From: the human T2T-CHM13v2.0 reference genome, Homo sapiens
Length of the DNA: 64,000 nucleotides
Assembly: GCF_009914755.1 (NCBI RefSeq)
Contig: NC_060934.1
Reading direction: 5' to 3' (one strand)
The position numbers and the translations under genes were made by a program. This document shows, in pieces, positions 38,101-51,810 of the stretch. The notes below the pieces were generated by a model. It had not been told where the DNA came from. It worked only from the letters and a program-made list of their open reading frames with translations, and did no database searches. How positions within the stretch are numbered: position 1 is the first letter of the stretch; every line of letters starts with the position of its first letter.

Positions 38101-38441
38101 CTGTTGGGTATCGACTGGGAGAGAACATTCTACAAGTGAGATTAAAAGATTGGAAACCACAAATACTGATTTACACACACTCTCCTGCACAGATGGCGGT
38201 TTATTCATTCAGTACAGTGCTGTAGAAACAACTATTACGGCTGTAAAATCTGCATACCACAGGAACACCAAAACGCTAGCCTATGAAGTCTCCATGGACT
38301 CGATGTGTAAGGTTCCAACTAACTGAAAAATGCTGGGTATGTATGCATAAAATGAGAATCCTAATTTGAGTATTTCCTCAAATCTGAAGGAACACAGCTT
38401 CCTCAAGACCAGGACTCCAAGTAGACAAAAGGAGGTAAATA

Positions 38442-38657
38442 CAGTCGTGTGCCGCGTGACCATGTTCCAGACAATGACAGACACCTATACAATGGTGGTC
38501 CCATCAGTTCATAACAGCTACACCATACAGCCTCAGTGTGTAGTAGGCTACACCATCTAGGTTTGTCAAGTACACTCTATGATGTTTGCACAATGATGAA
38601 ATTGCCTAATGTCACATTTTTTAGAATGCATCCCTGTCATTAAGCAAGGCATACTGT
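38442..38657 (+). mobile_element. Tigger3/MER7-type MITE
   Basis: cagtcgtgtgccgcgtgac...ggtggtcccat...tagtaggctacaccatctaggtttgt. Confidence 0.75.
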
Positions 38658-38951
38658 TTGTTAAATGAATCTGCACACAACTGGCTGGCAATGTGAAGCA
38701 ATTAAAAATTGATTATCACCTTGCTTGCAAACGTAGCTTAGCAGTTTATACTCTAATTTAATTAGAGCAAAATATGGTGAAAATTATATTATTGTTATTT
38801 TACAAATAAGTGAAAGAAAAACAGTGGGATACAAAATGAATTTCTCAGCATAAATATGGAAAAATATGACATGAGAAGATGAGACAAAATAACAATTTTG
38901 ATGCTCAAAAGGCAACAAAAATTTCCACTTCTCTTATAGATGATTTTATAC

Positions 38952-39093
38952 CTTGATAATCTTCTTGTTCTTGCCGTTCATTGATATCTAGTGTGAGCTT
39001 TTTCATTCTCATCCTCTCTTCTTGTTCTGCCTGTTGCTGGTTCCAGTGATTTGCAGCAAGTTGAGAGGACATGGGTACATTAAGGATCTTAAA
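38952..39093 (-). CDS. UPF2: UPF2 coding exon, FKILNVPMSS...QEDYQ(E)
   Basis: ctcccag|TTT ... CAAG|gtataa; 142 nt, phase 0-1. Confidence 0.96.
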
Positions 39094-39179
39094 CTGGGAG
39101 AAAATAACAAAGGAGTTACAAATAGTTTGAGAACACTGAGAGAAAGAAAAAACAGACTTCAAATAAAATAGCAAGTACA

Positions 39180-39475
<296 letters not shown>

Positions 39476-41892
39476 GGTAGATAGATAATTTCTTAATCAT
39501 CATGAACTGGAAGTTGCAACTCTAAGATGTTTTTATCTAAACACTCAGAAATAAAACAGGGTGGCCATTTTTCCCCCTTTTTAGGTTCCTGATGATAAAA
39601 TTTGAAATTTCCTTCATAATCTACTAATAAGCCTAATGATGATGGTACTAATCACAATAATAAAATAGTATAAAACATTATAAAGAAAATTTCGTAATGT
39701 GATCAAAAAAGGTGAGAAATATAGGCTTTCTTATTCACGTATAAGATTAACAATTTCTTCGTTTAGATCTTCTAAAGGGAAACAATTATAAATAAAAGAT
39801 GAACAAAAACACATTTTATGAACTCTGAGACAAGTTTTACAAAAGGCAAAGTTCTCAAGTATTATGTACTTAAAAAAAACATAAAAGAGACAGTAATAAA
39901 TACGGGGAAATGAAGAGACAAATTTACTGATGGCCACCTTTGCCTACTGCCTTTACTGCAGAGCTGCTAAGATACTATTAACAGAGACACACTACTTTAT
40001 AGCAAATTAGATGATAAAAATATTGAAGTCACTCAAACTAAATTTCCTGAACATAATAGCAATGAAGGTGATTTAGCTGATATTTTGCAGCTACTCCATG
40101 ACTGTAGCTAAAATTAAAAAACATACAATCCCAAGTTACTATGACATGTAACTATCAATTATTCTAGTCAAAATACAACAAATAACTCCTTATATAAATA
40201 TTAATTGCAAAAATGGTTTGTCTGCCAGTATTAAACTATACTATGTTATGCATTTGTTTGAATAAAAAAGCTTTTTAAAGCATTTTATAACATTTATATT
40301 ACATTAAAACTTGTTTTAATTGACATTTATTATTCTAATTCAGAAATATTTAAATCTAGAAAAAAATAAATGGCTAAAAGCATTATCTTTTTCTTTCTCT
40401 GCAACTACTCACTTCATTGGTGCAATGTTTTTTCCCCTAATGACCACAACAGAAAGTTATTTCTGAGTACAAATTTGATGCACAAAGAGGTCTTTCACTT
40501 AAAATCCAAAGATTCCTATAAGGCAAGACATTTCACATTTGTAGAAAAACCGTTGCACCAGAAGGGCCAACACCCAAAAGCCAAATAAAGGAATAAAAAT
40601 CAGAACAAAATCTACTTTCTTTTTCAGACCACAACATACCAGCGATGTTTCTTCAAATAATGTTCCAAAAAACTGAATATTTTCCAAAATTCCAAATAAA
40701 GTTTAGAAGCACTGAAAATTTACTTAATAACCAAGTACTCTGAGTTTTCATTTCATGTCTGCTAATATTTTTAAAATTTAGTAATAATATATCCTTAAAA
40801 ATTAAAATTTAAACTAAATGCTACATTTTAAGAAACAAGGACTTCAAATTCATTTACATAAAATTACATAAGCCACCCGGTTTATAATCTACCTACTTTG
40901 AACCAAAAATATTCCTTCTAAAATACACATAATCTTATTTTGACCCATACAATTTAGAATTTCAGACTGCTGGAGTATACTTATTTTCCAAAGCCCACAA
41001 GTTTCTTTTAAGTAGGCATTGATTAATTTATTTTCAATTCCTACACGTTCTATAAGGGCCAGATGGGGTGTAGAGTTGACAAAGGTGTTAATGAATATTC
41101 ATGTACTTCATGAAAGGGAGGAAGGAAAAAAACTCATTATTTACTGTTGTACAATCTGACCTTCAAAAAGAGATATTCCTAAACTCTCTTTTAGTTAACA
41201 AAAATCATGGCCTTCCTGTGCCAATGTAACAGCATTATCTAGCAGCTGTGCAGGAATGGAGACCAAGGTATATCTAGCTGAAGCTGCCATGTACTGCCCT
41301 CCACAATTCAACAGACAGATATGTGCATGTGTGCATGCCTTCCAACTTTACAGCCTAATTACCTTTAGAAACTGTGTGCCAAGAAAGCCGGTGATGGGGG
41401 GAATGGAGGAGGAAGCTAAGAGTTTTTAAAGAGAAAGAGAATGAAGGAGATCTAAAACGTGATAACTGAAATAGTAAAGTCTGGTTCAGAGAATTAAATA
41501 GTCCCTAGAAAAGCAAAAATGCTGGGATTTGTGAATCCTCGTAACAGTGGTGAATTAGCATTTCCAGGTGCTCTGAGGACAGCAGTCTTAGCAAAGATCT
41601 CAGGACAATGCCAAATTTAGGGCCTGATTTTTTAAAAAGCTCTCATTTTCCTCACAGATAGAGAATGGAGAGTAAAGGAATGGGGATGTGCCAGAGCCCA
41701 ACCCTGGTCGAAGGAGGGGAGGGGTGTGGCTCTCCTGAAAGCACCAGGAGGCCTGGCTGGAGCCTGGACTGGAGGCAAGGCCGGACGATGGCAGTGTCTG
41801 AGGAAGATTCAGCAATGCTCTGATCCTGTCAAAGTTAACTCTCAATACATGAGTCATGCCGTGAAGTCTTTGCCAGCTCCACACTCCATGAT

Positions 41893-42198
41893 TATTTTAT
41901 TTATTTATTTCTTTTTTTGAGACGGAGTCTCGTTCTGTCGCCCAGGCTGGAGTACAATGGTGTGATCTTGGCTCACTACAACCTCCACCTCCTGGGTTCA
42001 AGTGATTCTCCTGCCTCAGCCTCCTGAGTAGCTGGGATTACAGGCACACGCCACCAAGCCTGGCTAATTTTTGTATTTTTAGTAGAGACGGGGTTTCACT
42101 ATGTTGGTCAGGCTGGTCTTGAATCCCTGACCTTGTGATCCGCCCGCCTTGGCCTCCCAAAGTGCTGGGATTACAGGTGTGAGCCACTATGCCCGGCC
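41893..42198 (-). mobile_element. AluS
   Basis: Consensus. Confidence 0.92.
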
Positions 42199-42252
42199 AC
42201 ACACCACAATTCTAATTGGTATATAGGTGGTATCACTGCAGCAACAAGTAGT

Positions 42253-42316
42253 ATACTGCTCAAGTATATCACTTTCATGCTGTACAAGTATATCACTTGT
42301 ATACTGCACAAGTATA
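42253..42316 (+). repeat. Degenerate 24-bp tandem repeat, ~2.7 copies (atactgcacaagtatatcacttgt)
   Basis: Read directly. Confidence 0.8.
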
Positions 42317-43398
42317 GTGCACAATTTTGATCTCGGTGTACATGAGAAGTTGCCTGACAAATGCAGGGATAAAATTTAGGCATCATCTGTTTGAGGCTGT
42401 GCTAGTGGGGAGGACATCTCAGATGCAACTTATTGTAGGGTCTTCCCTGATCATCCTACCTAAGAGGCAGCCTCCCTCTCCTGGCATCTCACCATCCGTG
42501 TCTCTTTCTATCCTCTTACCCTGCTTTATCCTCCTTGGTAGCCATCCCAACGTGACTTGGTGTATTTCTCATATGCCTCCCAACACCAGAATGAAAGCTC
42601 GCAAGAGAGGAAGGACTCTGGCTAACTGCCTCTATATTCTGCACACAGAAGTGCCTGGTGTGTAGCAGGTAAATAATAAATACTTGTTAAATGACTGTGT
42701 AGACGAATGTGGTATTGGACTTGTCTAAGATAACTGTGGCAGCTACCATATGCAACAAAATCTAACATTCTATTAATTCTAAGATACACCATTATTTTAC
42801 TTATCACTAAAGCAGAAAGAAATGCTGTCAGTTAACACAGGATTTCATGGACTCTAAGAAGCAACTTGATCTCAGAAATGTTAAGATGTAAACAAATTTT
42901 TACAGAATTGACCTAAATACACCTAAAGGTGTATCTGAAAGCTGGCCTATATTCTCTTCATACCATGTTTCACTATCTGCAAATATGTGCGTTTGTCTCT
43001 CTGCTCTCTCAGTAGGAGATAAGTTCCACAAGGGCAGGAACATTGTTCTGTTTATCACTGTAGCCTCAGGACCTGAAATAGAATAGTACCTGGCACGTAG
43101 TGATGCTCAATAGTTGACAAATCAACTATGGATCGCTAGAGTAACAGCTTGGTAGAGGGGGAAACGGTTTTGAGGGACCATCTTGTATGAAGGGGGAAAG
43201 GGCAAACAAGAAGAATGGAGAGGGATATGGAGAAGGGTTGGTGTGATTTTCAACTGACGGCAGCCGAGCCTCTTCCTGAGCTGCATCGGTTGCCATCCTC
43301 CTTTCCTTCCCCGCCTGGGGCTTGCTTGTGGAAGTTTGTGCTAGAAGTCAAGGTACTTACATATTCTTACAAACATGTATGATTTAAAACACATAAGG

Positions 43399-43716
43399 GG
43401 CCAAGTGCAGTTGCTCACGCCTATAATCCAAGCACTTTGGGAGGCCGAGATGGGCAGATCACCTGAGGTCAGGAGTTCCAGACCAGCCTGGCCAACATGG
43501 TGAAACCTTGTCTCTACTAAAAATACAAAAATTAGCCGGGCGTCATGGTGGACGCCTGTAATCCCAGCTACTCAGGAGGCTGAGGCAGAAGAATCGTTTG
43601 AACCTGGGAGGAGGAGGTTGCAGTGAGCCAAGACCCTGCCACTCCAGCCTGGGCGACAAAGTGAGACGCCGTCTCAAAAAAAACAAAAACAAAAACAAAA
43701 ACAAAAACAAAAAAAA
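43399..43716 (+). mobile_element. AluS with (CAAAAA)n tail
   Basis: Consensus; TSD-like aaaac(a/t)(c/a)..ataaggg. Confidence 0.92.
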
Positions 43717-43855
43717 CTATATAAGGGAAGAAATTATTCTACCACTGAATGGTTTAAAACTGTCCAACCCTTATCCCCTTGTAGGTCAAAGATAAGTTAA
43801 AACCTAACTGTATAACTCACAATCAGCTATAATTACAGGGCGGGCAGTTTCTTAC

Positions 43856-44023
43856 CTGCTGTTTATTGCCTTTTCTTGTTAACATGACAAACGGCATTGT
43901 GTCTGCAGACTCAGCCTCTCCTTCCCCACCTCCCAGTGGGGGCCCTTTCCTCAGCTGGCTTTTGAGATGCAAAGGAATGGCAACATCTAGTTGGTGCACT
44001 TTAACAGATTCACCACTTCGTTG
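43856..44023 (-). CDS. UPF2: UPF2 coding exon, QRSGESVKVH...KGNKQQ (UPF1-binding region)
   Basis: cttttag|CAA ... CAG|gtaaga; 168 nt. Confidence 0.96.
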
Positions 44024-45360
44024 CTAAAAGAAATTAAAAAGGACATAATAAACACTCCAAGATATATACGGATATATGTCAATATAAATTGCAAACTCAT
44101 TCAATGCTGTATTTCTTAAAACACAACAATCATAAGAGCCATAACAGTCAACAATTACAACCACCATAATACTCTTTCTGAAACGTGGATAAATCTAGGG
44201 AGTATTTCTCCCTCCACCTAACACCTCTGCCTATGACATGGAAGGAAATGCAGGACTTGGCTGCTGTTGACTGCTCCAGCCTCTCCCAAGCACGCAGTGC
44301 TGCGGGTTCTACCAAATCCCCCTGCTCCTCAAATACACTACACCCTTCTATTCATCCTCCTAGATCACATCTTCCTTCATAATCACCAGGCAAGGTGGGC
44401 TCATCACTGCATCCCTTTCTCCAGGGCTCCCCAGCAGGGCGTTACCCACAGCAGGAGTTCAGGGAGTACTGAAGAATGAATGGAATCTATGACCATTTGT
44501 ATTAATTCCTTGGTTGGTAATATCAATTATTTTTAGCATTTACACTGAATTTTCCAACCAATTAATTAAATGAACCTTCACCGAAGACTTGCCATGTGTT
44601 ACAGGCTTGGAGATAGTAATGTTAAAAATACTTAGCCTCTACACTCAAAGAGCTCATAAGCTTGTTAAGACAGATACAGAAACAATGATGATGATACATC
44701 ATAGGTGTACAGCACCTGTGGAGGAGATGAAGTGACTACCTGTACCTGGCTGAGAGTGGTTGCGTGCCCTTCACGAAAGGCTGAATAGAAATGGCACATT
44801 TGAGAATGTTAAAGACTTCATAAACTTCTTCTAAGCAGATGGTAAAAGAGCAGTTTGGGGAATGCGGAGGGAATCGAGGCAGGGGAAGAACAGGTGCAAA
44901 GCAAGGACATGGACCAGCATGGTACACTTAGGGAACTGCAAACACATGACTGATGAATGAGCAGCAAAGAGGGACGAGCTGAATGTTCCAGGAAGGTAGG
45001 CAGGTCATGCTGAAAGGCCCTCAATGTCTTAGAAACTGCTCTACCACCATTTAAATAGTCTTCTGATATAGGCTCCATATATTCAAGAGACTTGCAAATC
45101 AAGCAAAATCCTGTTTTATTGTTTCTTTTTTAAGCTCTAGTTTATCATAATCTGCTTGAAGTCTTCCCAGGTTCGTAAGATTTATAAAGACTTTTTACTT
45201 AAAATTCAAAAGGATCACAATAGACAAATCTTGATTTTTCTCCTTGATTATAAAATTAACATATTCTTTTCATAAAATATTTAAATACAAAAATGTGTTG
45301 GTAAGTATGTCCATACTAACTCCTCCAGCGACTTCCCACTGCCCCAACCCCAAGATGCAA

Positions 45361-45436
45361 CAACTATTAACAATGGAGTATGTTCTTTCGGATTTTTTCA
45401 ACTATTAACAATGCAGTATGTTCTTTTGGATTTTTT
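45361..45436 (+). repeat. 38-bp tandem duplication, 2 mismatches
   Basis: caactattaacaatg(g/c)agtatgttcttt(c/t)ggatttttt x2. Confidence 0.9.
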
Positions 45437-46134
45437 CTTGCATATACTAATAATATATACATATAGACACAAGCAACCACAATGCATATTGCTGTACACT
45501 CAACATACATATTTTTTCTTCTGTTTAATCCTATATCTTGGTTATCTTTCTCTTTGAGTATATACAGAGCTAATTACATTGATATGCCCTTATTATTTAA
45601 TTATTGACAGACAATTTTTTTTTTAAATGATCCTTCCCACACATGGAAGGACTTTTCTATCACAATGTGACATCTTTGTATATTTAGCTTTATAAAGAGA
45701 ATTACTTACTAGGGGTAAATTTTTAGATCAACTGGCAAGCCCATTCGACAGGTTTACTGAATTTCCCTCTAAAAAAGCTGGACTGATAGACATTTACAAA
45801 CCAAACCATTACTCAAACAAAACCACACTGGATATTATCACTTAGTAAATCCCAATATCTGATGGTCTGATAAGTGAAAAGGCTCATCTTAATTTGCATA
45901 CTATTTTATTACTCATGACCTTTGGCATGATTTTGCCATTACCTTTCACACAATAAAAAAAAAAACTAGATCATTCATCATTTCTCATTGATTTGCTATA
46001 GTAAAAGTATTAGGCCTTTGTGTAGACCATAAATATTTTCTTCCTGGCCTGTCATTTCTTCAAGTTTCTTATAGCATCCTGTGCTAGAAGGCAACACAGT
46101 AAAACAGTTGAGAACAAACTCCACCACGTCCTAG

Positions 46135-46471
<337 letters not shown>

Positions 46472-46807
46472 AGCAAGTTTCTTGTCTTTCCAAGCCTCTG
46501 TTTCTTTAGCTAAAGCAAAGGAATACTAACAGTATCTGACAGCACTATGCAAAGAATAGATGTAAAGCACTTGATGCAGGGCCCAACAGTCTTCATAATT
46601 ATTGGAGTGTTTGATAGATTTGCAATTAATTCTGCTGTGGAAATAAAACAGAACGTCAACTTTATTTTTGTTTATTGTCTGTTTTCCCTTAACTGATTTG
46701 CAACGTTATCTTCATCATATTACTAAACGGTCATGTTTTGGGTCTATTTTGGATTCTTCTCCATTTCATTAATCTGTTCCTGTATCAAACTATTATTGTC
46801 AGTTTAA

Positions 46808-47133
<326 letters not shown>

Positions 47134-47599
47134 TAGAGCATTTCACTCATTTCCTGAAAATCTGTTAGCTATTTTGCTTATTCTTACAGATGTTTTAAGA
47201 AATAATTTTAAATTCATTCTGCATTGATCTCCCTGCTCTTCTCTTTCCCTTGGAAAAACAAAACAAAACATCTTCCTGGTGTGATATAATTAGGATTATA
47301 CTAAGTTTAAGGGCTTGATTTATGGAAAAATAATATCTCTAGGATACTGCATCCTCCTATGACATTCTCATCAAAACAAAGAGACTCTGTACAGTTGTTC
47401 AGTATTTTGATAATGCTGAAAAACTAGGGCCTAATATAGAATTAAGTTTTTCTCCAGCACAAAAAGCACATCTCCTGCAAAAATGTGAATTCGAACTTCC
47501 CTCCTCGATTACATCTTCCCATCCTTCCAGCTTGCTTCTTCAAGAACTGTCAATAAGCAAAAATTATTGGACCATATCAAAAACTTCTATTCCTTTGAC

Positions 47600-48520
47600 T
47601 TCATCAGCTTTTCTACCTTATTTCTAAATGTTAAGGTTCTTCAGGGCTCAATCCTGACCCTGCTTCTCTTCTCTGTCCACACTTTACACCGGGGATGAAT
47701 CATTTGTTCCGATGCTTTCAATATACTCTACCCATCACATTTCTGTTTTCACTCCACGTAACCTTCTGATCTCCATACATTTCCACTTGGACACCTCAAA
47801 GGCTTCTCAAGTGGACACGGCCAAAGGGAAACTTTTGCTCATTGGTCCCTTGTTTCCTGTCCCAGAGATTAGCCAGTGGCCCAATCTGGAAAACCAACTA
47901 TCATCTTTGATGCCTCACCCCCTACACACCCATATCCAATCCAGCGCCAAATAAGCCAGGTCGTTCTACCTCCGAAATAGCTCAAATCCAGACTTCTCTC
48001 CATGTGCCTTGCCATATGCTAGACAGCTGACTGTCATCTCTCACCTGAATCACTACAAAAGCCTTCTGTCCAGGCTCCCTGCTTTTAGCCTTGCCCTGGT
48101 GGGTACCTCTGCCCTCCCACACAGGATTGTGCCCCGCCCTCTATTAGTGCTGGCCGCCTTTTAGTTTTTTAAATACAGGTTCTTTTCTCCCTCAAGACAT
48201 TTGACACATTGTTCCCATCTTCCCTTAAATTTTCACCTGGATGGATGGCTCCACTTTACTTTGCCCTGTTTGAAATTCATGACCTCAGAGACTTCTTCCC
48301 CACTATCCTATCTAGGAATGCCCTTCCCTTAATCTCTACCAAAGCATTCTGCTCTTAGCATTTATCACAATTTGAAATGATATATTTGTTTAGTTGTTAA
48401 ATATCTACCTTCTGTTAGAACAGGAACCACCTCAGTTGTATTTATCACTTTATACTTAGCCCGATGCACACTGTTAAGCACACAATAGGTACCCAATAAA
48501 CATATCTGCTAAAGAAATGA
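47600..48520 (+). mobile_element. L2 remnant
   Basis: Pyrimidine-rich L2 body ending gcacacaataggtacccaataaacat...aatga. Confidence 0.65.
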
Positions 48521-49393
48521 GTGGCTGAGTAAATGGCTACTGATTTATATAAGATGGGAAGTTTCTCAGAGAAGTAAACTATTCTCTCCTCCAAGGGATT
48601 ATAATGATTATGTTTTATTTGATTGCTTGCGCTCCTAAATAACATAAATGTAAGATTTATTTCATAAATTAGGAGCTTTCTGGATATATGAAGACATGTT
48701 ATTTTAATATATAAAGAAAGAAGATCACCTAAGACACCTATAACACTAATTTGTACTTGATCATACCTTTGGCTGTAGCAGCATCAAGGAAAGTAAAATC
48801 CAATATTTCAACTCTAAAGGACTGCTCCATGAGCATATAAAGATTCCATAATATCTTCTACCTTTAAAAAAAAAAACCCTGTCTTTTAACTCTACGACCT
48901 TCTCTAGCTACCTCCCCGTTTCTCTTCCCTTTCTGGCAAAACTCCTCAAGACTTATCTATATGTAGTATCTTCACTCCCTCCCTTCCCATTCTCCACCAA
49001 ACCCACCCCAGTGGGGCCTGCATCCTGCCATTCGAACAAACCCACTCGTCACGTCACCAAAGGGTTAACAACAAGTACATATAGGGCTGAAGTAAGCAGT
49101 CTAAGATTTTGTCTCTAACTCTAGAAAAATATAGTTACTTGAAATTACTGTGGCATTCAAAAAACTGCTAAGTAGTGTTTTTTAGAAAATTCAGTTTATT
49201 AATGTTATGAATACATTAAACAACTAGCATTTCTTTAAACATTAAATAACAAACATTTTTCCATTAACATAGAAGCTATTCAACTAATAAATGGAAGAAT
49301 TTACTGAATTAAATGACCCCAAATGTCTATCTTCTGCACAGTTTGGCTTCCAAACAAACTGCAAGAAAGAAGTCTTAGAAATATGACTTAATA

Positions 49394-49958
<565 letters not shown>

Positions 49959-49965
49959 TTAATAC

Positions 49966-50064
49966 CTGTAGATTTTCTAGCATCATTTTATCCAGAGCTT
50001 GAATGAAGTCCTCATCTTCTACACAAGGTACATGCTTAAGTCCACCGCCTTTAATCATTACCTC
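49966..50064 (-). CDS. UPF2: UPF2 coding exon, EVMIKGGGLK...MMLENLQ (start of UPF1-binding region)
   Basis: ttaataag|GAG ... CAG|gtatta; 99 nt. Confidence 0.95.
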
Positions 50065-50364
50065 CTTATTAAAACAAAACAACAAAATCAGACCAGAAAT
50101 TTTAACTGTAATGTTTTCTAGGGCAAAGCCTTTTAGTATTGACAACTTGTTTAACATAACTCAAGGAGTAAAGTGAGTAAAATATCTAACATTATTCAAT
50201 GTTAAAAGAATTTAAAGAAAATGGTTAGGAAAACAAATTGAAAATGAATTTCTAAAGAAATATTTTTCATAATCAAAAGAAACAAATTCAGTTTCGTGAC
50301 TAAAATTCAAATACTATAAAAATGCTGCACAATTTCAAAAAGTAAATTTTTCAGCCATACGTAC

Positions 50365-50469
50365 AGTATTCTCTTCATCGGTTTCATTTTCCTTATTGGA
50401 ATCTGTAAGGTAATCTGTATTCTCTTCCTCCTCTTCTTCTCCCTCATCATCATCATTATCAGAACCCTC
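50365..50469 (-). CDS. UPF2: UPF2 coding exon, acidic region, EGSDNDDD...DEENT
   Basis: tttcag|GAG ... ACT|gtacgt; 105 nt; not in the ORF track, read by hand. Confidence 0.95.
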
Positions 50470-50929
50470 CTGAAATTATTGAACATTAGAAGATTAAATA
50501 ACTTTTCGAAGTGTAACCATATTTTACATGCCTTAAAAAGATTTCAAAACTTCTGTATAATTGTTTATTATTCTCAAGTTTTAGCTCTTTAGGTAGTTGG
50601 TTTCCAATGGGAGGGCAAAGTCAGCTAGCAACGTTTAAGACAAATCAGTAGTTGAAAACCCATCTCACTACCTTCAACTGATCTAACAATACAGAGATCT
50701 ATTGTAGAAGCTCTTTCTTGAATTCCACAATGAAGAAGTTTCCTGAGCCTTTTGTGTTCTCCTCCTCCTGAAACAAATCTGGAGAGGCTGAATGTCTCAC
50801 AGTAGTTCTTTAATACCCATCTAACTGCAATGGAAACCAACAAAAGTTCAAATGTAACAGCATTACCAGCTGAAAGCAGTGATACAGCATTACCTTTTAC
50901 AAAGCACTTCGATTTGGAAGGTGTTCTCA

Positions 50930-51080
50930 TACACTTCATTTTGTTTGCTCTACCCAAGTCTGAGGATGGAAGGACAAGCTTTATTGTTCCTATTTTACAC
51001 ATGAAAAAACTGAGGCTCAGAAAAGTTAAGTGATCTGCCCAAGGGCACACTGCTGTTAAGCAGAAGACCTGGCCTTTCAG
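50930..51080. mobile_element. MIR
   Basis: ctattttacacatgaaaaaactgaggctcagaaaagttaagtgatctgcccaagg. Confidence 0.8.
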
Positions 51081-51516
51081 CTCCCCTAACTGGTGGTTTT
51101 CAAGGACTACTTCACCCCATCCTCACAGTCAGTCCCTGCCTCCCTCCACTTCGATCAGCTGAAATTTCTTGTCAAACAGAAGATGGGGCAGAGCACCGAG
51201 AGATTTTCAAAGGGCACAAAGCACAGAGTGGAGCTTCATTTACCCCTCCACCCCAGTATCCCAAGTCACCCCCGCATGGTTCCTTAAGAGTAAAAAAAAC
51301 AAAAAACAAACAAAAAAAAAAAACCAAAAACCCACTAAACCCAGAGCTGCCTCTCACTGTGCCATGATGGCTGAGAAATAATTCCTGAAACAAATACTTA
51401 AATGTGTTACATTATCTTTAGTGTATGTAGCAATTAATTCCAAAACCCCAACAGTGTATACACAGCTGAAGATTCTGAGTTCTTAAAATGAAAACGTTTC
51501 AAAAACGTATACCAAT

Positions 51517-51810
51517 GGTCGGCGCCATGGCTCACACCTGTAATCCCAACACTTTGGAAGGCTGAGGTCAGGGGATCACTTGTCAGGAGTTCAAGACCAG
51601 CCTGGCCAACATGGCGAAACCCCGTCTCTACTAAAAATACAAAAATTGGCCAGACGTGGTGGCAGGCACCTGTAATCCCAGCTACTCAGGAGTCTGAGGC
51701 AGGAGAATCACTGGAATCTGGGAGGCAGAGGTTGCAGTGAGCCAAGGTTGTACCACTGCACTCCGGCCTGGGTGACAGAGCGAGACTCCATCCCCCACCA
51801 AAAAGAAAAA
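51517..51810 (+). mobile_element. AluS
   Basis: Consensus; TSD-like aaaa(c/t)gta(ca)ccaat. Confidence 0.9.
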
